A stretch of 64,000 nucleotides of DNA from Opitutales bacterium (GTDB lineage: Bacteria > Verrucomicrobiota > Verrucomicrobiia > Opitutales > UBA953). Below are positions 10,564 through 20,505 of this stretch, piece by piece (within the stretch, counting starts at the first letter, position 1; every line of letters starts with the position of its first letter). A model generated the notes under the pieces. The model made no database searches. It was not told the DNA's origin and was given only the letters and a program-made list of their open reading frames with translations. The stretch spans positions 1 to 64,000 of the forward strand of contig JBBAUX010000010.1 in the NCBI GenBank assembly GCA_040398005.1, read 5' to 3'. The translations under genes and the position numbers were made by a program.

Positions 10564-11325
10564 TTAAGGTAAGGTTAGTATTTCCGCACCCTTTTCGGTC
10601 ACCATTACGGTGTGCTCAAAATGGGCAGAAACCTTGCCATCTGCGGTCCTAGCAGTCCATCCATCGGCCCCCATAATGATCTTATGCGAGCCTAGATTAA
10701 CCATGGGTTCGATTGCTAAACACATACCAACCAATAACTTAGCACCAGTACCAGCCTTGCCGAAGTTGGGAATCTGAGGCTCTTCGTGCATTTTACGGCC
10801 AACGCCATGGCCAACGAAGTCCCGGACGATGCCATACCCCCCTGGGCTGAGTGAGGCCTGGATGGCGGCCGAGATGTCCCCTACCCTATTTCCGGGTCGG
10901 ACGGCGGCAATCCCCGCATGAAGGGCTTTTTCGGTCTCAACACAGAGAGCTTTAGCCTCAGGGCTAACCTTACCGACGGTGATGGTTCGAGCGTTGTCGC
11001 CGATAAATCCATCGCGACGAACGACGACATCTAAAGAAACTAAATCACCGTCGCGAATAATTCGGCTGGGCGATCCGATACCGTGAACGACTTCATCGTT
11101 CAGCGAAATACAAACATATCCAGGATAAGTTAAACCGCCGACCACATAACCGTAGCAGGCGCTTTCACAGCCGTGGCGTAACATCAAACCGCGCGCCGCC
11201 GAATCTAAACCAGCAGTAGAAATTCCTGGAACCACGAGGCTGACTAAGTCCTGCAAAACACGAGCAGCGGCACTGCATGCAGCCCGCATTCGTTTTACTT
11301 CATCATCAGACTTTAGATCAATCAT
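10564..11325 (-). CDS. map: methionine aminopeptidase type I
   Basis: CISLNDEVVHGI, GHGVG..MHEEP, AIEPM, SAHFEHT. Confidence 0.95.
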   Translation of the reverse strand: MIDLKSDDEVKRMRAACSAAARVLQDLVSLVVPGISTAGLDSAARGLMLRHGCESACYGYVVGGLTYPGYVCISLNDEVVHGIGSPSRIIRDGDLVSLDVVVRRDGFIGDNARTITVGKVSPEAKALCVETEKALHAGIAAVRPGNRVGDISAAIQASLSPGGYGIVRDFVGHGVGRKMHEEPQIPNFGKAGTGAKLLVGMCLAIEPMVNLGSHKIIMGADGWTARTADGKVSAHFEHTVMVTEKGAEILTLP

Positions 11326-11334
11326 TCCAAAAAC

Positions 11335-12861
11335 TTACTTAACAAAAGATTCCCAGTGATTAGCTACCCATGCAGCGACACCGAGAAGGAAAAGTGTGAA
11401 ACAAATCTTGGGCGTCGAACCTAACGCAGATTCTTCTGCTCCATTACGTAAACCAGGTTGAGGGACAGGCAAGCTTCCGATGCGGCCCTTCTTTAAGAAT
11501 CCTTCATAATTACTTTGCAGAAGATACGTTTCGATTTGGCGCATGGTGTCCAACATCACACCCACGGTAATCAGTCCACCTGTACCACCTAAGAAACTCG
11601 CCAGACGCATTGGGAATCCTAATTGGAAGGTGAAGAGGTCGGGCATCAACGCGATGATGAGAAGGAATAACGAACCGGCCACGGTCAGACGGGTCATCAC
11701 GAAGTCGAGGAACTGCGCGGTATGTTCGCCGGGACGCACTCCAAGAATGTAACCATTATTCTTTTTCAAATCGTCCGCGATTTGCACCGGACGGAACATA
11801 ATAGAAATCCAGAAGTAGCTGAATCCGAAGATTAAGACAGCGTAGGAAATATAATGGAACCATCCTTGTGTTTGAAATACTCCTGCCCAGTCATGCAGAA
11901 AACCTAAAGTCGGTGTAAGAGTGCTTAACGGATTAAGCAACATCGGCGGGAAACTTAAAATTGCTCCTGCAAAAATCACCGGCATCACGCCCGCGTAATT
12001 TACTTTAAGAGGTAAATAGTTGGATTGGGCACCATACATTTTACGGCCGACCATGCGTTGGGCGTATTGAATAGAGATTTTGCGGACCGCTTGGTTAATG
12101 GCCACCATTGCCGCTGTCACCAGTGCGAATAAAATAATCATGCCGACGGCCTTTTCCCAGCCATGTCCGCTGGCTTCAGTGGCTCCAATCTTACCACCAA
12201 ACGCGACGCTCGCGAATGAGGTAATCGCACCTGGAATATCGGCTAAAATACCAATCGTAATTAAAACGGATGTACCATTACCGATACCACGTTGCGTGAT
12301 TTGTTCACCCAACCAAAGCATCACAATCGAACCAGCAGTTAAGAGGCAAATTCCGAGACAAACGAAAAGTGTTTTGCTTTCCATCACGACGATAGTACCT
12401 GTGAAATTTCCAAGTCCTAAGGCCTGTCCAACTTTTCCGGGATTACAGAATGCGCCGAGTAATAAGGCTGATTGAATTACCGCGATGGCGATGGTGAGAT
12501 AGCGAGAGTACTGCGCAATTTTTTGACGACCCACATCACCCTCTTGTTGTAAACGAGCAATGGAGGGAACGACGGCCGACATCAACTGCATGATAATCGA
12601 TGCACTGATATAAGGCATGATGCCTAAAGAGAAAATCGCACCTTTGAGTAACGCACCACCCGTGAACATATTATACATGGCCACCACTCCGCCCGATGCT
12701 TGATCGGCCATCGAGTGGTAGTAATCTAAAATATCTTTAGGATCGATACCCGGTAACGGAATATTCGCTCCAATTCGGGCAACGAAAATAAGGGCAACCG
12801 TCGCAATAAGACGGGCCCTTAGTTCAGGTATCCTCCAGCAATTGGCGAAGGCCGAAAACAT
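11335..12861 (-). CDS. secY: preprotein translocase subunit SecY
   Basis: LGIMPYISASII, WLGEQIT..GIGNG, AGVMPVIFA, GVRPG. Confidence 0.96.
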   Translation of the reverse strand: MFSAFANCWRIPELRARLIATVALIFVARIGANIPLPGIDPKDILDYYHSMADQASGGVVAMYNMFTGGALLKGAIFSLGIMPYISASIIMQLMSAVVPSIARLQQEGDVGRQKIAQYSRYLTIAIAVIQSALLLGAFCNPGKVGQALGLGNFTGTIVVMESKTLFVCLGICLLTAGSIVMLWLGEQITQRGIGNGTSVLITIGILADIPGAITSFASVAFGGKIGATEASGHGWEKAVGMIILFALVTAAMVAINQAVRKISIQYAQRMVGRKMYGAQSNYLPLKVNYAGVMPVIFAGAILSFPPMLLNPLSTLTPTLGFLHDWAGVFQTQGWFHYISYAVLIFGFSYFWISIMFRPVQIADDLKKNNGYILGVRPGEHTAQFLDFVMTRLTVAGSLFLLIIALMPDLFTFQLGFPMRLASFLGGTGGLITVGVMLDTMRQIETYLLQSNYEGFLKKGRIGSLPVPQPGLRNGAEESALGSTPKICFTLFLLGVAAWVANHWESFVK

Positions 12862-12878
12862 CGCGGAGGGTTGAGTGA

Positions 12879-13334
12879 TTATTCAGCTGCGGTAACCGCG
12901 AGCTCCACAACCTTACCACCAGCAGCTTCAATTTTCTTTTTAGCTGATTCGGAAAAACGGTGAGCGGAAACGGTGACTGCACGGGTAATTTCACCGGTGC
13001 CTAAAACTTTAAGCAACTCGATGTTTTTACGGATGACACGTTCAGCTTTAAGTGAAGCGATATCAATGGTGTTACCTTTGAGGTCTTCAATGTCGCGTAA
13101 GTTAATTACGGCGTACTCAATGCGATTAACATTTTTGAAACCGCGGTGAGGTAAACGACGGTAGAGAGGCATTTGACCGCCTTCAAAACCGGGACGGTGA
13201 CCGCCACCCGAACGGGCTTTCATACCTTTGTGACCGCGACCGGAGGTTTTACCGTGACCGGAACCGCGCCCACGACCGAGCACTTTGTGACGGTGGGTTG
13301 AACCTTTGATTTCTGGGAGAGAGTGAAGTTTCAT
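12879..13334 (-). CDS. rplO: 50S ribosomal protein L15
   Basis: GRGRGSGHGKTSGRGHKG, FEGGQMPL. Confidence 0.97.
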   Translation of the reverse strand: MKLHSLPEIKGSTHRHKVLGRGRGSGHGKTSGRGHKGMKARSGGGHRPGFEGGQMPLYRRLPHRGFKNVNRIEYAVINLRDIEDLKGNTIDIASLKAERVIRKNIELLKVLGTGEITRAVTVSAHRFSESAKKKIEAAGGKVVELAVTAAE

Positions 13335-13349
13335 AAGTATAATTTAAGC

Positions 13350-13979
13350 TTAGCTGCGAAGAGTTTTGATTTGAGCGAGAGTGCGGAGCTGGGAAAGACC
13401 ATCCAGTGTCGCTTTAACAATCGCTTGAGGATTATTGGATCCCATCGATTTCGAGAGAACGTCTTTTAATCCGACCACTTCGAGAACAGCACGGACACCA
13501 CCACCCGCGATTAAGCCGGTACCAGGAGCGGCTGGACGAAGCATAACCACGCCACCGTCAGCACGACCAATCACTTCATGAGGAATGGTGTTATTACGAA
13601 GATTGTAAGTAGCGAGAGCACGGTGAGCACGATCAGTACCCTTGCGAATAGCATCAGGAACTTCTTTGGCTTTACCATAACCTACGCCGACGCGACCTTT
13701 GCCGTCACCGGCAACCACGAGGGCTGCGAAATTAAAACGACGTCCACCCTTAACCACTTTTGAACAGCGGTTAACGTGTACGACTTTGTCATTGAATTCA
13801 GAAGCGGCGGCTTCGTTGCGATTATCGCGACGAGGTGGGCGACCTTGTCCACCGCCTTGGCCACCTTGGCCTCGACGATTTCCTTGTCCTGGCCCACGAC
13901 GATCGCCGCCTTGATTAGCAGGCGCATTAGTAGGGGCCGGCGCGGGTGCTGGCGCTGCTTTATTGGTTTCTTCGCTCAT
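13350..13979 (-). CDS. rpsE: 30S ribosomal protein S5 with Gly/Arg-rich N-terminal extension
   Basis: NRCSKVVKGGRRF, PAAPGTGLIAGG. Confidence 0.96.
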   Translation of the reverse strand: MSEETNKAAPAPAPAPTNAPANQGGDRRGPGQGNRRGQGGQGGGQGRPPRRDNRNEAAASEFNDKVVHVNRCSKVVKGGRRFNFAALVVAGDGKGRVGVGYGKAKEVPDAIRKGTDRAHRALATYNLRNNTIPHEVIGRADGGVVMLRPAAPGTGLIAGGGVRAVLEVVGLKDVLSKSMGSNNPQAIVKATLDGLSQLRTLAQIKTLRS

Positions 13980-13985
13980 GTAATT

Positions 13986-14348
13986 TTAGAAAATAAGTCC
14001 GGCTTTACGCACGGCGTCAGCAAATGATTTAACTGCTCCGTGGTAGCGACGACCAGCGCGGTCGAAGACCAGAGTGGTGAGTCCAGCAGCTTTCGCTTTT
14101 TCGCCGAAAGCAGCACCGAAATCCGCAGCACCAGCCACTGAAGGGCGGAGTTTTTTGCCACGTAAATCTTTGGAAGTGGTCGAAGTCGCAACGAGCGTTA
14201 CACCACGATCATCGTCAATCGCTTGAGCGTAGAGATGGAGGTGGGTTAACTTTAAAGCGAGGCGTGGACGGGCGGAGGTACCACGGACCGCTTTACGAAT
14301 GCGCCAGCGGCGCTTCTGCATGAGTAAATTCTTTTTGGAAAGTTTCAT
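13986..14348 (-). CDS. rplR: 50S ribosomal protein L18
   Basis: GTSARPRL, VFDRAG..YHG; spc operon position. Confidence 0.95.
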   Translation of the reverse strand: MKLSKKNLLMQKRRWRIRKAVRGTSARPRLALKLTHLHLYAQAIDDDRGVTLVATSTTSKDLRGKKLRPSVAGAADFGAAFGEKAKAAGLTTLVFDRAGRRYHGAVKSFADAVRKAGLIF

Positions 14349-14368
14349 AAATAAAAACGTTAAAGAAA

Positions 14369-14905
14369 TTAAGCAGTCTTCTTGCCTTCCTTACGGCGGA
14401 CGAATTCGCCTTCAACGCGAACACCCTTACCTTTGTAAGGCTCAACAGGTTTATAAAGTTTGATGGAAGCAGCGACTTGACCAACCATGTGGCGATCAGG
14501 ACCGCTGATGACGAGCTTAGTGCCATCGGTCACCACGACAGTAACGCCCGCTGGAACGGTGTAACGAATCGGGTGAGAATAGCCTAAAGCTAAATCTAAA
14601 ATATTACCCTTAAGGATGGCTTTGAAACCAACGCCTTCGATGAGTAAAGTTTTGGAGTAACCTTTTTCAACGCCTTCAACCATATTACGGATGATAGCGC
14701 GAGTGGTTCCGAAGAGAGCACCTGCTTCTTTTTTCTCACTCAGATCGGCAACTTGGACGACAGATTTGTCGACCGTAACTCCGATTTGAGAGGGAAATTT
14801 ATGTGTGAGTTTCCCTTTGGGACCTTCAACAGAAACGGTTTGTCCAGACACCGCTACTTTTACGTTAGCGGGGAAATTGACGGGTTGTTTACCAATGCGT
14901 GACAT
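14369..14905 (-). CDS. rplF: 50S ribosomal protein L6
   Basis: MSRIGKQPV, LGYSHP, EPYKGKGV; start moved to ATG 14905. Confidence 0.96.
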   Translation of the reverse strand: MSRIGKQPVNFPANVKVAVSGQTVSVEGPKGKLTHKFPSQIGVTVDKSVVQVADLSEKKEAGALFGTTRAIIRNMVEGVEKGYSKTLLIEGVGFKAILKGNILDLALGYSHPIRYTVPAGVTVVVTDGTKLVISGPDRHMVGQVAASIKLYKPVEPYKGKGVRVEGEFVRRKEGKKTA

Positions 14906-14930
14906 AGATTTAAGTATTGAGGGTTGAGGG

Positions 14931-15329
14931 TTACCAGACTTTGGCGAGGAGTTCGCCGCCCACTTTTTGGCGACGGGCTTCAGCATCAGTCATGACGCCG
15001 CGTGAGGTGGTGAGAATAGAAACTCCCATGCCACCAATCACTTTGGGCACAGATGAGTAACCGGCATAAACGCGGCGACCAGGAGTGGACACGCGTTCGA
15101 TGCTGGTGATTGCAGGTACGCCAGAGACGTACTTGAGAGTTAATTCAAGAGCAGGCTTTTCATCGCGCTCAACCTTACGGAAATGAGCGACGTAACCGGA
15201 CTCAGTAAGAATACGGGCAACACCCTCACGGAGACGTGACCATTGGATCACGACCGTAGGACGTTCAGCTTTTGAAGCGTTGCGAATGGAGGTAAGAAAA
15301 TCTCCGATTGTATCGTTGGATGCAGACAT
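14931..15329 (-). CDS. rpsH: 30S ribosomal protein S8
   Basis: DTIGDFLTSIRNA, STPGRRVY, VGGELLAKVW. Confidence 0.96.
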   Translation of the reverse strand: MSASNDTIGDFLTSIRNASKAERPTVVIQWSRLREGVARILTESGYVAHFRKVERDEKPALELTLKYVSGVPAITSIERVSTPGRRVYAGYSSVPKVIGGMGVSILTTSRGVMTDAEARRQKVGGELLAKVW

Positions 15330-15347
15330 GTTCGTAGTTTTCGTGGG

Positions 15348-15653
15348 TTACCAGGAGGCTTTAGTGACACCGGGAATTTGACCGCCAAGAGCCAATTCGC
15401 GGAAGGTGATACGGGAGAGGCCGAACTTGCGAATAAACGCACGGGGACGACCAGAAATTGCACAGCGGTTCTTGTGACGAACGCGAGAGGAGTTACGGGG
15501 CAACTTGGTCAACTTGCGTTGAGCTGCGTAAAACTCTTCTTCGGTAGTCTTCGGACTCGCGAGGATCTTTTTAAGCTCCGCACGTTGAGTTGCATATTTT
15601 GCAACTAAGCGTTGGCGCTTAAGGGAGCGTTGAATGACGGACTCTTTTGCCAT
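15348..15653 (-). CDS. rpsN: 30S ribosomal protein S14 (long, zinc-independent type)
   Basis: [24 protein letters not shown]; only one Cys. Confidence 0.95.
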   Translation of the reverse strand: MAKESVIQRSLKRQRLVAKYATQRAELKKILASPKTTEEEFYAAQRKLTKLPRNSSRVRHKNRCAISGRPRAFIRKFGLSRITFRELALGGQIPGVTKASW

Positions 15654-15677
15654 ACTAGTATTTTTTTATGATAAAGG

Positions 15678-16262
15678 TTAGGCCTTCGCGGCGGTAGCGG
15701 CTGCTTCGGTGGCAGCGGAGGAACGACGGAATGGCATGCCGAGCATGCGCAAGAGTTCACGGCCTTCGTCATCGGTATTCGCCGTAGTCACGATGACTAC
15801 GTCCATACCAATGTTGGCGCGTTGAGATCCATCAGCCTGAGTTTCAGGGAAGATGGTGTGGTCGGTGATACCGAGAGAATAATTACCACGGCCGTCGAGA
15901 CGGTTAGAGGTACCACGGAAGTCACGAATCATTGGAAGGGCTACCGCTGTTAAGCGAAGGTAGAATTCCCACATGCGAGGTCCACGTAAAGTGACCATGC
16001 AACCGAGAGGCATGCCTTGACGAACTTTGAAATTCGCCACGCTCTTGCTCGCGCGGGTGATGACAGGCTTTTGACCTGAAAGTTTTGTTATCTCTTTGAC
16101 GACTTCAGCCATGTGGCCTTTGTCAGCTTCCGCTTTGAAAGCAGAGTTGAGAACGATCTTCGTCAAGTTAGGTACTTGGTGAACATTCTTGTAGCCGCGA
16201 GCTTTGAGGAGCTCAGGAACGACCTTCTCGAGATAAACCTTTTTTAGATAGGGCTTGGACAT
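15678..16262 (-). CDS. rplE: 50S ribosomal protein L5
   Basis: SGQKPVITRA..SVANFKVRQG, RDFRG, DGRGNYSLG. Confidence 0.96.
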   Translation of the reverse strand: MSKPYLKKVYLEKVVPELLKARGYKNVHQVPNLTKIVLNSAFKAEADKGHMAEVVKEITKLSGQKPVITRASKSVANFKVRQGMPLGCMVTLRGPRMWEFYLRLTAVALPMIRDFRGTSNRLDGRGNYSLGITDHTIFPETQADGSQRANIGMDVVIVTTANTDDEGRELLRMLGMPFRRSSAATEAAATAAKA

Positions 16263-16295
16263 TTGAGTGAAAATTTCTCGGGGGGTTTCGTAATA

Positions 16296-16577
16296 TTATT
16301 TAGTAGCCTTCGCTTTTTTAGCGGCAGGCTTTTTGCTTTGGCGAGCATCCCAGAGTGCGACCAGCATCACGTTAGAGCGATGAATGGTTGCTTCCTTCTC
16401 GGTGATACCCCCGGTACCATCTTGGGCACGCTTGAGGTGGCGCTTAACGAGGTTGAGGCCTTTTACAGTGACGCGCTCATCAGCACGATCGTAAGTAAGA
16501 ATTTCGCCGCGTTTGCCTTTTTCGGCACCGGCGATGATGACAACTTCGTCACCCCTTTTAATATCAGTCTTAGACAT
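16296..16577 (-). CDS. rplX: 50S ribosomal protein L24
   Basis: IKRGDEVVIIAG.EKGK.G KOW motif, EA.IH.SNV. Confidence 0.95.
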   Translation of the reverse strand: MSKTDIKRGDEVVIIAGAEKGKRGEILTYDRADERVTVKGLNLVKRHLKRAQDGTGGITEKEATIHRSNVMLVALWDARQSKKPAAKKAKATK

Positions 16578-16582
16578 GGTAA

Positions 16583-16948
16583 TTAGAGAACCTCGGGAGC
16601 GAGGGAAATGATTTTCATGAAGTTTTTGCCGCGGAGCTCGCGCGCAACAGGCCCGAAGATACGGGTACCTTTGGGATTACCATTGTCGTCGAGAATCACG
16701 ACGGCGTTGGTATCAAAACGTAAGTAGCTGCCGTCGTTACGACGAATCGGAGCCACTGTACGCACAATCACGGCGCGGACAACACTACCCTTTTTGCATT
16801 GAGCATCAGGGGTGGAGTCTTTGACGGAACAAATAATGACATCACCGATGCCGGCAGTGTCTTTGATTTGGCCGAGACGGCGAATCATCTGCACTTGGCG
16901 GGCACCTGTGTTGTCGGCTACGTCGAGCCTGGAAAGCATTTGAAGCAT
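16583..16948 (-). CDS. rplN: 50S ribosomal protein L14
   Basis: [28 protein letters not shown]. Confidence 0.97.
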   Translation of the reverse strand: MLQMLSRLDVADNTGARQVQMIRRLGQIKDTAGIGDVIICSVKDSTPDAQCKKGSVVRAVIVRTVAPIRRNDGSYLRFDTNAVVILDDNGNPKGTRIFGPVARELRGKNFMKIISLAPEVL

Positions 16949-16967
16949 ATTAAAAAATAGTAGAGGA

Positions 16968-17249
16968 TTATTCGGCTGATTGGATAGCGACTTTCGCAGC
17001 TTCGACGATGCGAACGATGCGCCAGCGCTTTAATTTGGAAAGGGGGCGAGTTTCCATGATTTCAACTTTATCGCCAACCTTGCACTCATTCTTTTCGTCA
17101 TGAGCGTGTAAGACGGTACGACGTTTTACTTCTTTGCCGTAGACAGGGTGAAGAACGGTAAATTGACAATTTACTTTCACGGACTTGTCGCCCGAACGGG
17201 TGGCAACAAAACCGATGAGGTTTTTACGATTGGAACGTGACTCAGACAT
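16968..17249 (-). CDS. rpsQ: 30S ribosomal protein S17
   Basis: [23 protein letters not shown]. Confidence 0.96.
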   Translation of the reverse strand: MSESRSNRKNLIGFVATRSGDKSVKVNCQFTVLHPVYGKEVKRRTVLHAHDEKNECKVGDKVEIMETRPLSKLKRWRIVRIVEAAKVAIQSAE

Positions 17250-17261
17250 GGGATTTAAAAA

Positions 17262-17483
17262 TTATTTAGTGGTGGTTTTGGAATTCAAAAGCGTGAGGCA
17301 ACGTGCGATATCGGCACGGAGCACACGGAAACGAGCAGAGTTTTCAACTGCGCCAGTGGCCTTACGGAGGCGGAGTTGGAGAAGTTCTTCGCGAGCTTCA
17401 CGCACGCGCTTCTGTAACTCGGTAGGAGCCAGACTGCGGAGAGCCGAAGCAGCGGAGGGTTTATCTTTCTGATAGGTACGCAT
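17262..17483 (-). CDS. rpmC: 50S ribosomal protein L29
   Basis: EL..LRL..ATG.VEN..RF...RADIAR; lies between rplP and rpsQ. Confidence 0.92.
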   Translation of the reverse strand: MRTYQKDKPSAASALRSLAPTELQKRVREAREELLQLRLRKATGAVENSARFRVLRADIARCLTLLNSKTTTK

Positions 17484-17515
17484 CGAGAAAATGTATGAGT
17501 GGGTTAGTTTTAAGT

Positions 17516-17944
17516 TTAGTATTTTTCGAGTTCTTCACGGGCCAAGAAGCGGCAACGGACTTGAAGTTTAGTATCGGCCAAACGCATCGCTTCACGCGCT
17601 ACGGTGATGGGTACGCCACCTACTTCAAAAAGCATCGTGCCGGGTTTGATCACTGCCACATAGTACTCAACGCTACCTTTTCCAGAGCCCATGCGGACTT
17701 CGGCTGGTTTACGAGTTACCGGAGTGTGAGGAAAGATACGCATCCACATTTTTCCCTTACGCTTAAGAGCGCGAGAAATTGCAATACGAGCAGCCTCAAT
17801 TTGATTTGCAGGAATGCGAGCACGAGCGAGCGATTGGATACCGAAGTCACCAAAAGCGAGCGTGTTACAAGCGGTAGCATTGCCGCGAATTTTTCCTTTG
17901 CGGTGTTTGCGCCATTTGGTGCGAGCGGGTTGTAAATTTGCCAT
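17516..17944 (-). CDS. rplP: 50S ribosomal protein L16
   Basis: QIEAARIA, RIFP, RMGSGKG. Confidence 0.96.
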   Translation of the reverse strand: MANLQPARTKWRKHRKGKIRGNATACNTLAFGDFGIQSLARARIPANQIEAARIAISRALKRKGKMWMRIFPHTPVTRKPAEVRMGSGKGSVEYYVAVIKPGTMLFEVGGVPITVAREAMRLADTKLQVRCRFLAREELEKY

Positions 17945-17976
17945 GTTATGAAAAAGTTAGAGTGGTTTTTTAAGAA

Positions 17977-18618
17977 TTAAAACTCGGAGTCCTTTGCACA
18001 AATCCAGCACTTGATGCCGAGTTTGCCGTAAACGGTACGAGCTTCCGCAAATCCGTAGTCGATATTTTCGCGAAGAGTATGGAGAGGAACGCGACCGACA
18101 CGGGCGGATTCCACGCGGGCGATTTCGGCACCACCCAGACGACCACCGAGACGTAAACGAATGCCATCCGCACCATTTTGCATGGTTGATTGAATAGCTT
18201 TCTTCATCGCACGACGGAAAGAAATACGACGCTCTAATTGTAAGGCTACGTTTTCCGCAACCAATTGCGCCACGAGATCAGGGCGTTTGACTTCGTTCAC
18301 TTCGAGAATCACGTCCTCAAGCTTAGCCTTACCGGCGACTTTTTGGATTTCTTCACGGAGCTTCTTAAGTTCATCACCCTTACGGCCGATGACGACACCA
18401 GGACGAGCCGTCCAAATGCGCACACGGACTTTAGGACCAGCACGTTCGATAAAGATGCGAGGGACAGCAGCTTGGCGGAGCTTCTCTTTGAGGAACTCGC
18501 GGATGCGGTAGTCTTCAAGAATGAAGGAAGGGAAATCGCGCTTAGTGGCAAACCAGCGAGATTCCCAGTTACGACGAACGGCTAAACGGAAGCCGATTGG
18601 ATTTACTTTCTGTCCCAT
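17977..18618 (-). CDS. rpsC: 30S ribosomal protein S3
   Basis: MGQKVNPIGFRL, RPGVVIGRKG, GRLGGAEIAR, PLHTLR. Confidence 0.97.
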   Translation of the reverse strand: MGQKVNPIGFRLAVRRNWESRWFATKRDFPSFILEDYRIREFLKEKLRQAAVPRIFIERAGPKVRVRIWTARPGVVIGRKGDELKKLREEIQKVAGKAKLEDVILEVNEVKRPDLVAQLVAENVALQLERRISFRRAMKKAIQSTMQNGADGIRLRLGGRLGGAEIARVESARVGRVPLHTLRENIDYGFAEARTVYGKLGIKCWICAKDSEF

Positions 18619-18637
18619 TGTAGTCTGTTAAGTTGGT

Positions 18638-18976
18638 TTATTTGGTGGATGAACCGAGAGCGATACGGATATGGCTCATCGATTTATGAATAGGGTGGGC
18701 GGAACCACGAGCGGCAGGCATAGAGCGCTTGAGCACGGGACCTTGATTAACGGTGGCGGAAACCACAATGAGATCGTTGGATGATAATTGGTGATTGTTC
18801 TCCGCGTTGGCGATGGCACTGGCCAAAGTCTTCGCGAGTAAGCGCGCGGACTTACGAGGGATGAAGCGGAGAAGCTGGATGGCTTCTTCAGCGGGCAAAC
18901 CTTGGATTTGACGTGCAACTTCGCGCACCTTTTGAGGTGACATACGAGCGAAACGAGTAGAGGCGTGAACTTCCAT
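18638..18976 (-). CDS. rplV: 50S ribosomal protein L22
   Basis: RMSPQKVR.VA, SAIANAENN, GPVLKR. Confidence 0.96.
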   Translation of the reverse strand: MEVHASTRFARMSPQKVREVARQIQGLPAEEAIQLLRFIPRKSARLLAKTLASAIANAENNHQLSSNDLIVVSATVNQGPVLKRSMPAARGSAHPIHKSMSHIRIALGSSTK

Positions 18977-18999
18977 GACGTGATAAAGTGTTTAGAGAA

Positions 19000-19341
19000 T
19001 TAAATGCGTGGGTTAGGACGAAGGGTGATCGTGTCGCCCGACGTAATTTGCGTTGAAGAATCGAGTGAAAGGATGAGTGCGATAGCGCGTTGTTCGGTCG
19101 CTTCGGCCACAATCACCGAACCAAAAGCACGGCCTTCGTGGGTTACGGTGCAAACGGCACCAGGACGAAGACCACAATTATAACCACCGGACACGACGAC
19201 TAAGTCGGTGTTGTTTCCAGCAATCACTTGGGCTACCTTGGCTCGACCTTCAGCTTCAACTGAACCCAACATACGCGCTTCCGCTACAATGGTAAGAACC
19301 ATAGCAACGAACACCGCGAAGATTGAGTGACTGAAACGCAT
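19000..19341 (-). CDS. hypothetical exported protein inserted between rpsS and rplV
   Basis: 113-aa ORF exactly filling the gap; signal peptide MRFSHSIFAVFVAMVLTIVAEA; beta-rich mature part. Confidence 0.8.
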   Translation of the reverse strand: MRFSHSIFAVFVAMVLTIVAEARMLGSVEAEGRAKVAQVIAGNNTDLVVVSGGYNCGLRPGAVCTVTHEGRAFGSVIVAEATEQRAIALILSLDSSTQITSGDTITLRPNPRI

Positions 19342-19346
19342 AAAGA

Positions 19347-19625
19347 TTATTGGGCTTCCTTACGTGAAGGTTGAGTGTGTTGACGGAAGGTGCGCGTTGG
19401 AGCGAACTCACCGAGTTTATGTCCGACCATATTTTCTGTGATGTACACAGCAATGAAGGCCTTACCGTTATGGACCTCGAGATTGAGTCCAACGAATTCA
19501 GGAGTAACCGTCGAACGACGTGACCACGTTTTGATGGGCTTACGGTTGCTGATTTTTTGAGCAGCAGCGATCTTGTCCACTAAATGTGGGTCAACGAAGT
19601 ATCCTTTTTTACGAGAGCGTGACAT
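19347..19625 (-). CDS. rpsS: 30S ribosomal protein S19
   Basis: [27 protein letters not shown]. Confidence 0.97.
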   Translation of the reverse strand: MSRSRKKGYFVDPHLVDKIAAAQKISNRKPIKTWSRRSTVTPEFVGLNLEVHNGKAFIAVYITENMVGHKLGEFAPTRTFRQHTQPSRKEAQ

Positions 19626-19631
19626 GGTAAA

Positions 19632-20492
19632 TTATGCTTGTTTCACTTTGCGACCGTTACGGCGCACGATGATTTGATTGTTCGAGGCCTTAGCCTTGGT
19701 ACGTGTTGGGAAACCCTTAGCGAGCTGACCCCAAGGTGATTTAAGATGTTGGCGACCGCCTCCACCTTTAGATTTACCACCGCCACCACCGTTCGGGTGA
19801 TCCACAGGATTCATCGCCATACCACGAACACGTGGACGACGACCCATCCAGCGACTACGGCCGGCTTTACCGAGGCTAGCGTTTTGGTGTTCAAGATTTC
19901 CAACGATACCCACTGTCGCGCGACAATCGGCATTGATGTAACGTTGTTCACCAGAAGGCATACGTAAAATAGCGCGATTTAACTCGATACCCATCAACTG
20001 GGCAAAACCACCTGCGGAGCGGGCGATTTGAGCACCACGACCGGGTTCGATTTCGACACAGTGAATGAAAGTGGCAGGCGCAATTAAACGTAACGGCAAC
20101 GAGAGACCAGGAGTGAGCCGCTCTTGTGGCTTATTCGTGCTCACAATCACATCACCTTCTTTTAGACCATCGGGTGCTAAAATGTAGGTGTGAGTCTTGT
20201 CAGCGTACTCGAGTAAAGCGAGGTGAGCAGTGCGATTTGGATCGTATTCAATACGTAAGACAGTCGCTGGTTGATCTAAAACATCGCGACGGAAATCGAT
20301 AGTACGATAAAGTTTTTTATGACCTCCACCCCGACGGCGTGAAGTGATACGGCCATAGCAATTACGACCACGAGCGCGGTGATTGCTTTCGGTAAGCTGA
20401 CGCTCCGGACGACCCTTGTGGAGGTTTTCGGTCTTTACGCGAACCAAGAAACGTTGGCCGGGAGTAATAGGACGTGAAGAAATGATAGACAT
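19632..20492 (-). CDS. rplB: 50S ribosomal protein L2
   Basis: GGGHKKLYR.IDF, IEYDPNR, RGMAMNPVDHP. Confidence 0.97.
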   Translation of the reverse strand: MSIISSRPITPGQRFLVRVKTENLHKGRPERQLTESNHRARGRNCYGRITSRRRGGGHKKLYRTIDFRRDVLDQPATVLRIEYDPNRTAHLALLEYADKTHTYILAPDGLKEGDVIVSTNKPQERLTPGLSLPLRLIAPATFIHCVEIEPGRGAQIARSAGGFAQLMGIELNRAILRMPSGEQRYINADCRATVGIVGNLEHQNASLGKAGRSRWMGRRPRVRGMAMNPVDHPNGGGGGKSKGGGGRQHLKSPWGQLAKGFPTRTKAKASNNQIIVRRNGRKVKQA

Positions 20493-20505
20493 GGGAGGTG
20501 GCTAA

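Noticed and set aside
8804..14986. Apparent N-terminal extensions of RpoA, S13 and L6 in the ORF track (likewise L21, MetK and Psd elsewhere)
   Set aside because: Artefacts of longest-ORF calling; internal ATGs match the family N-termini and remove overlaps.
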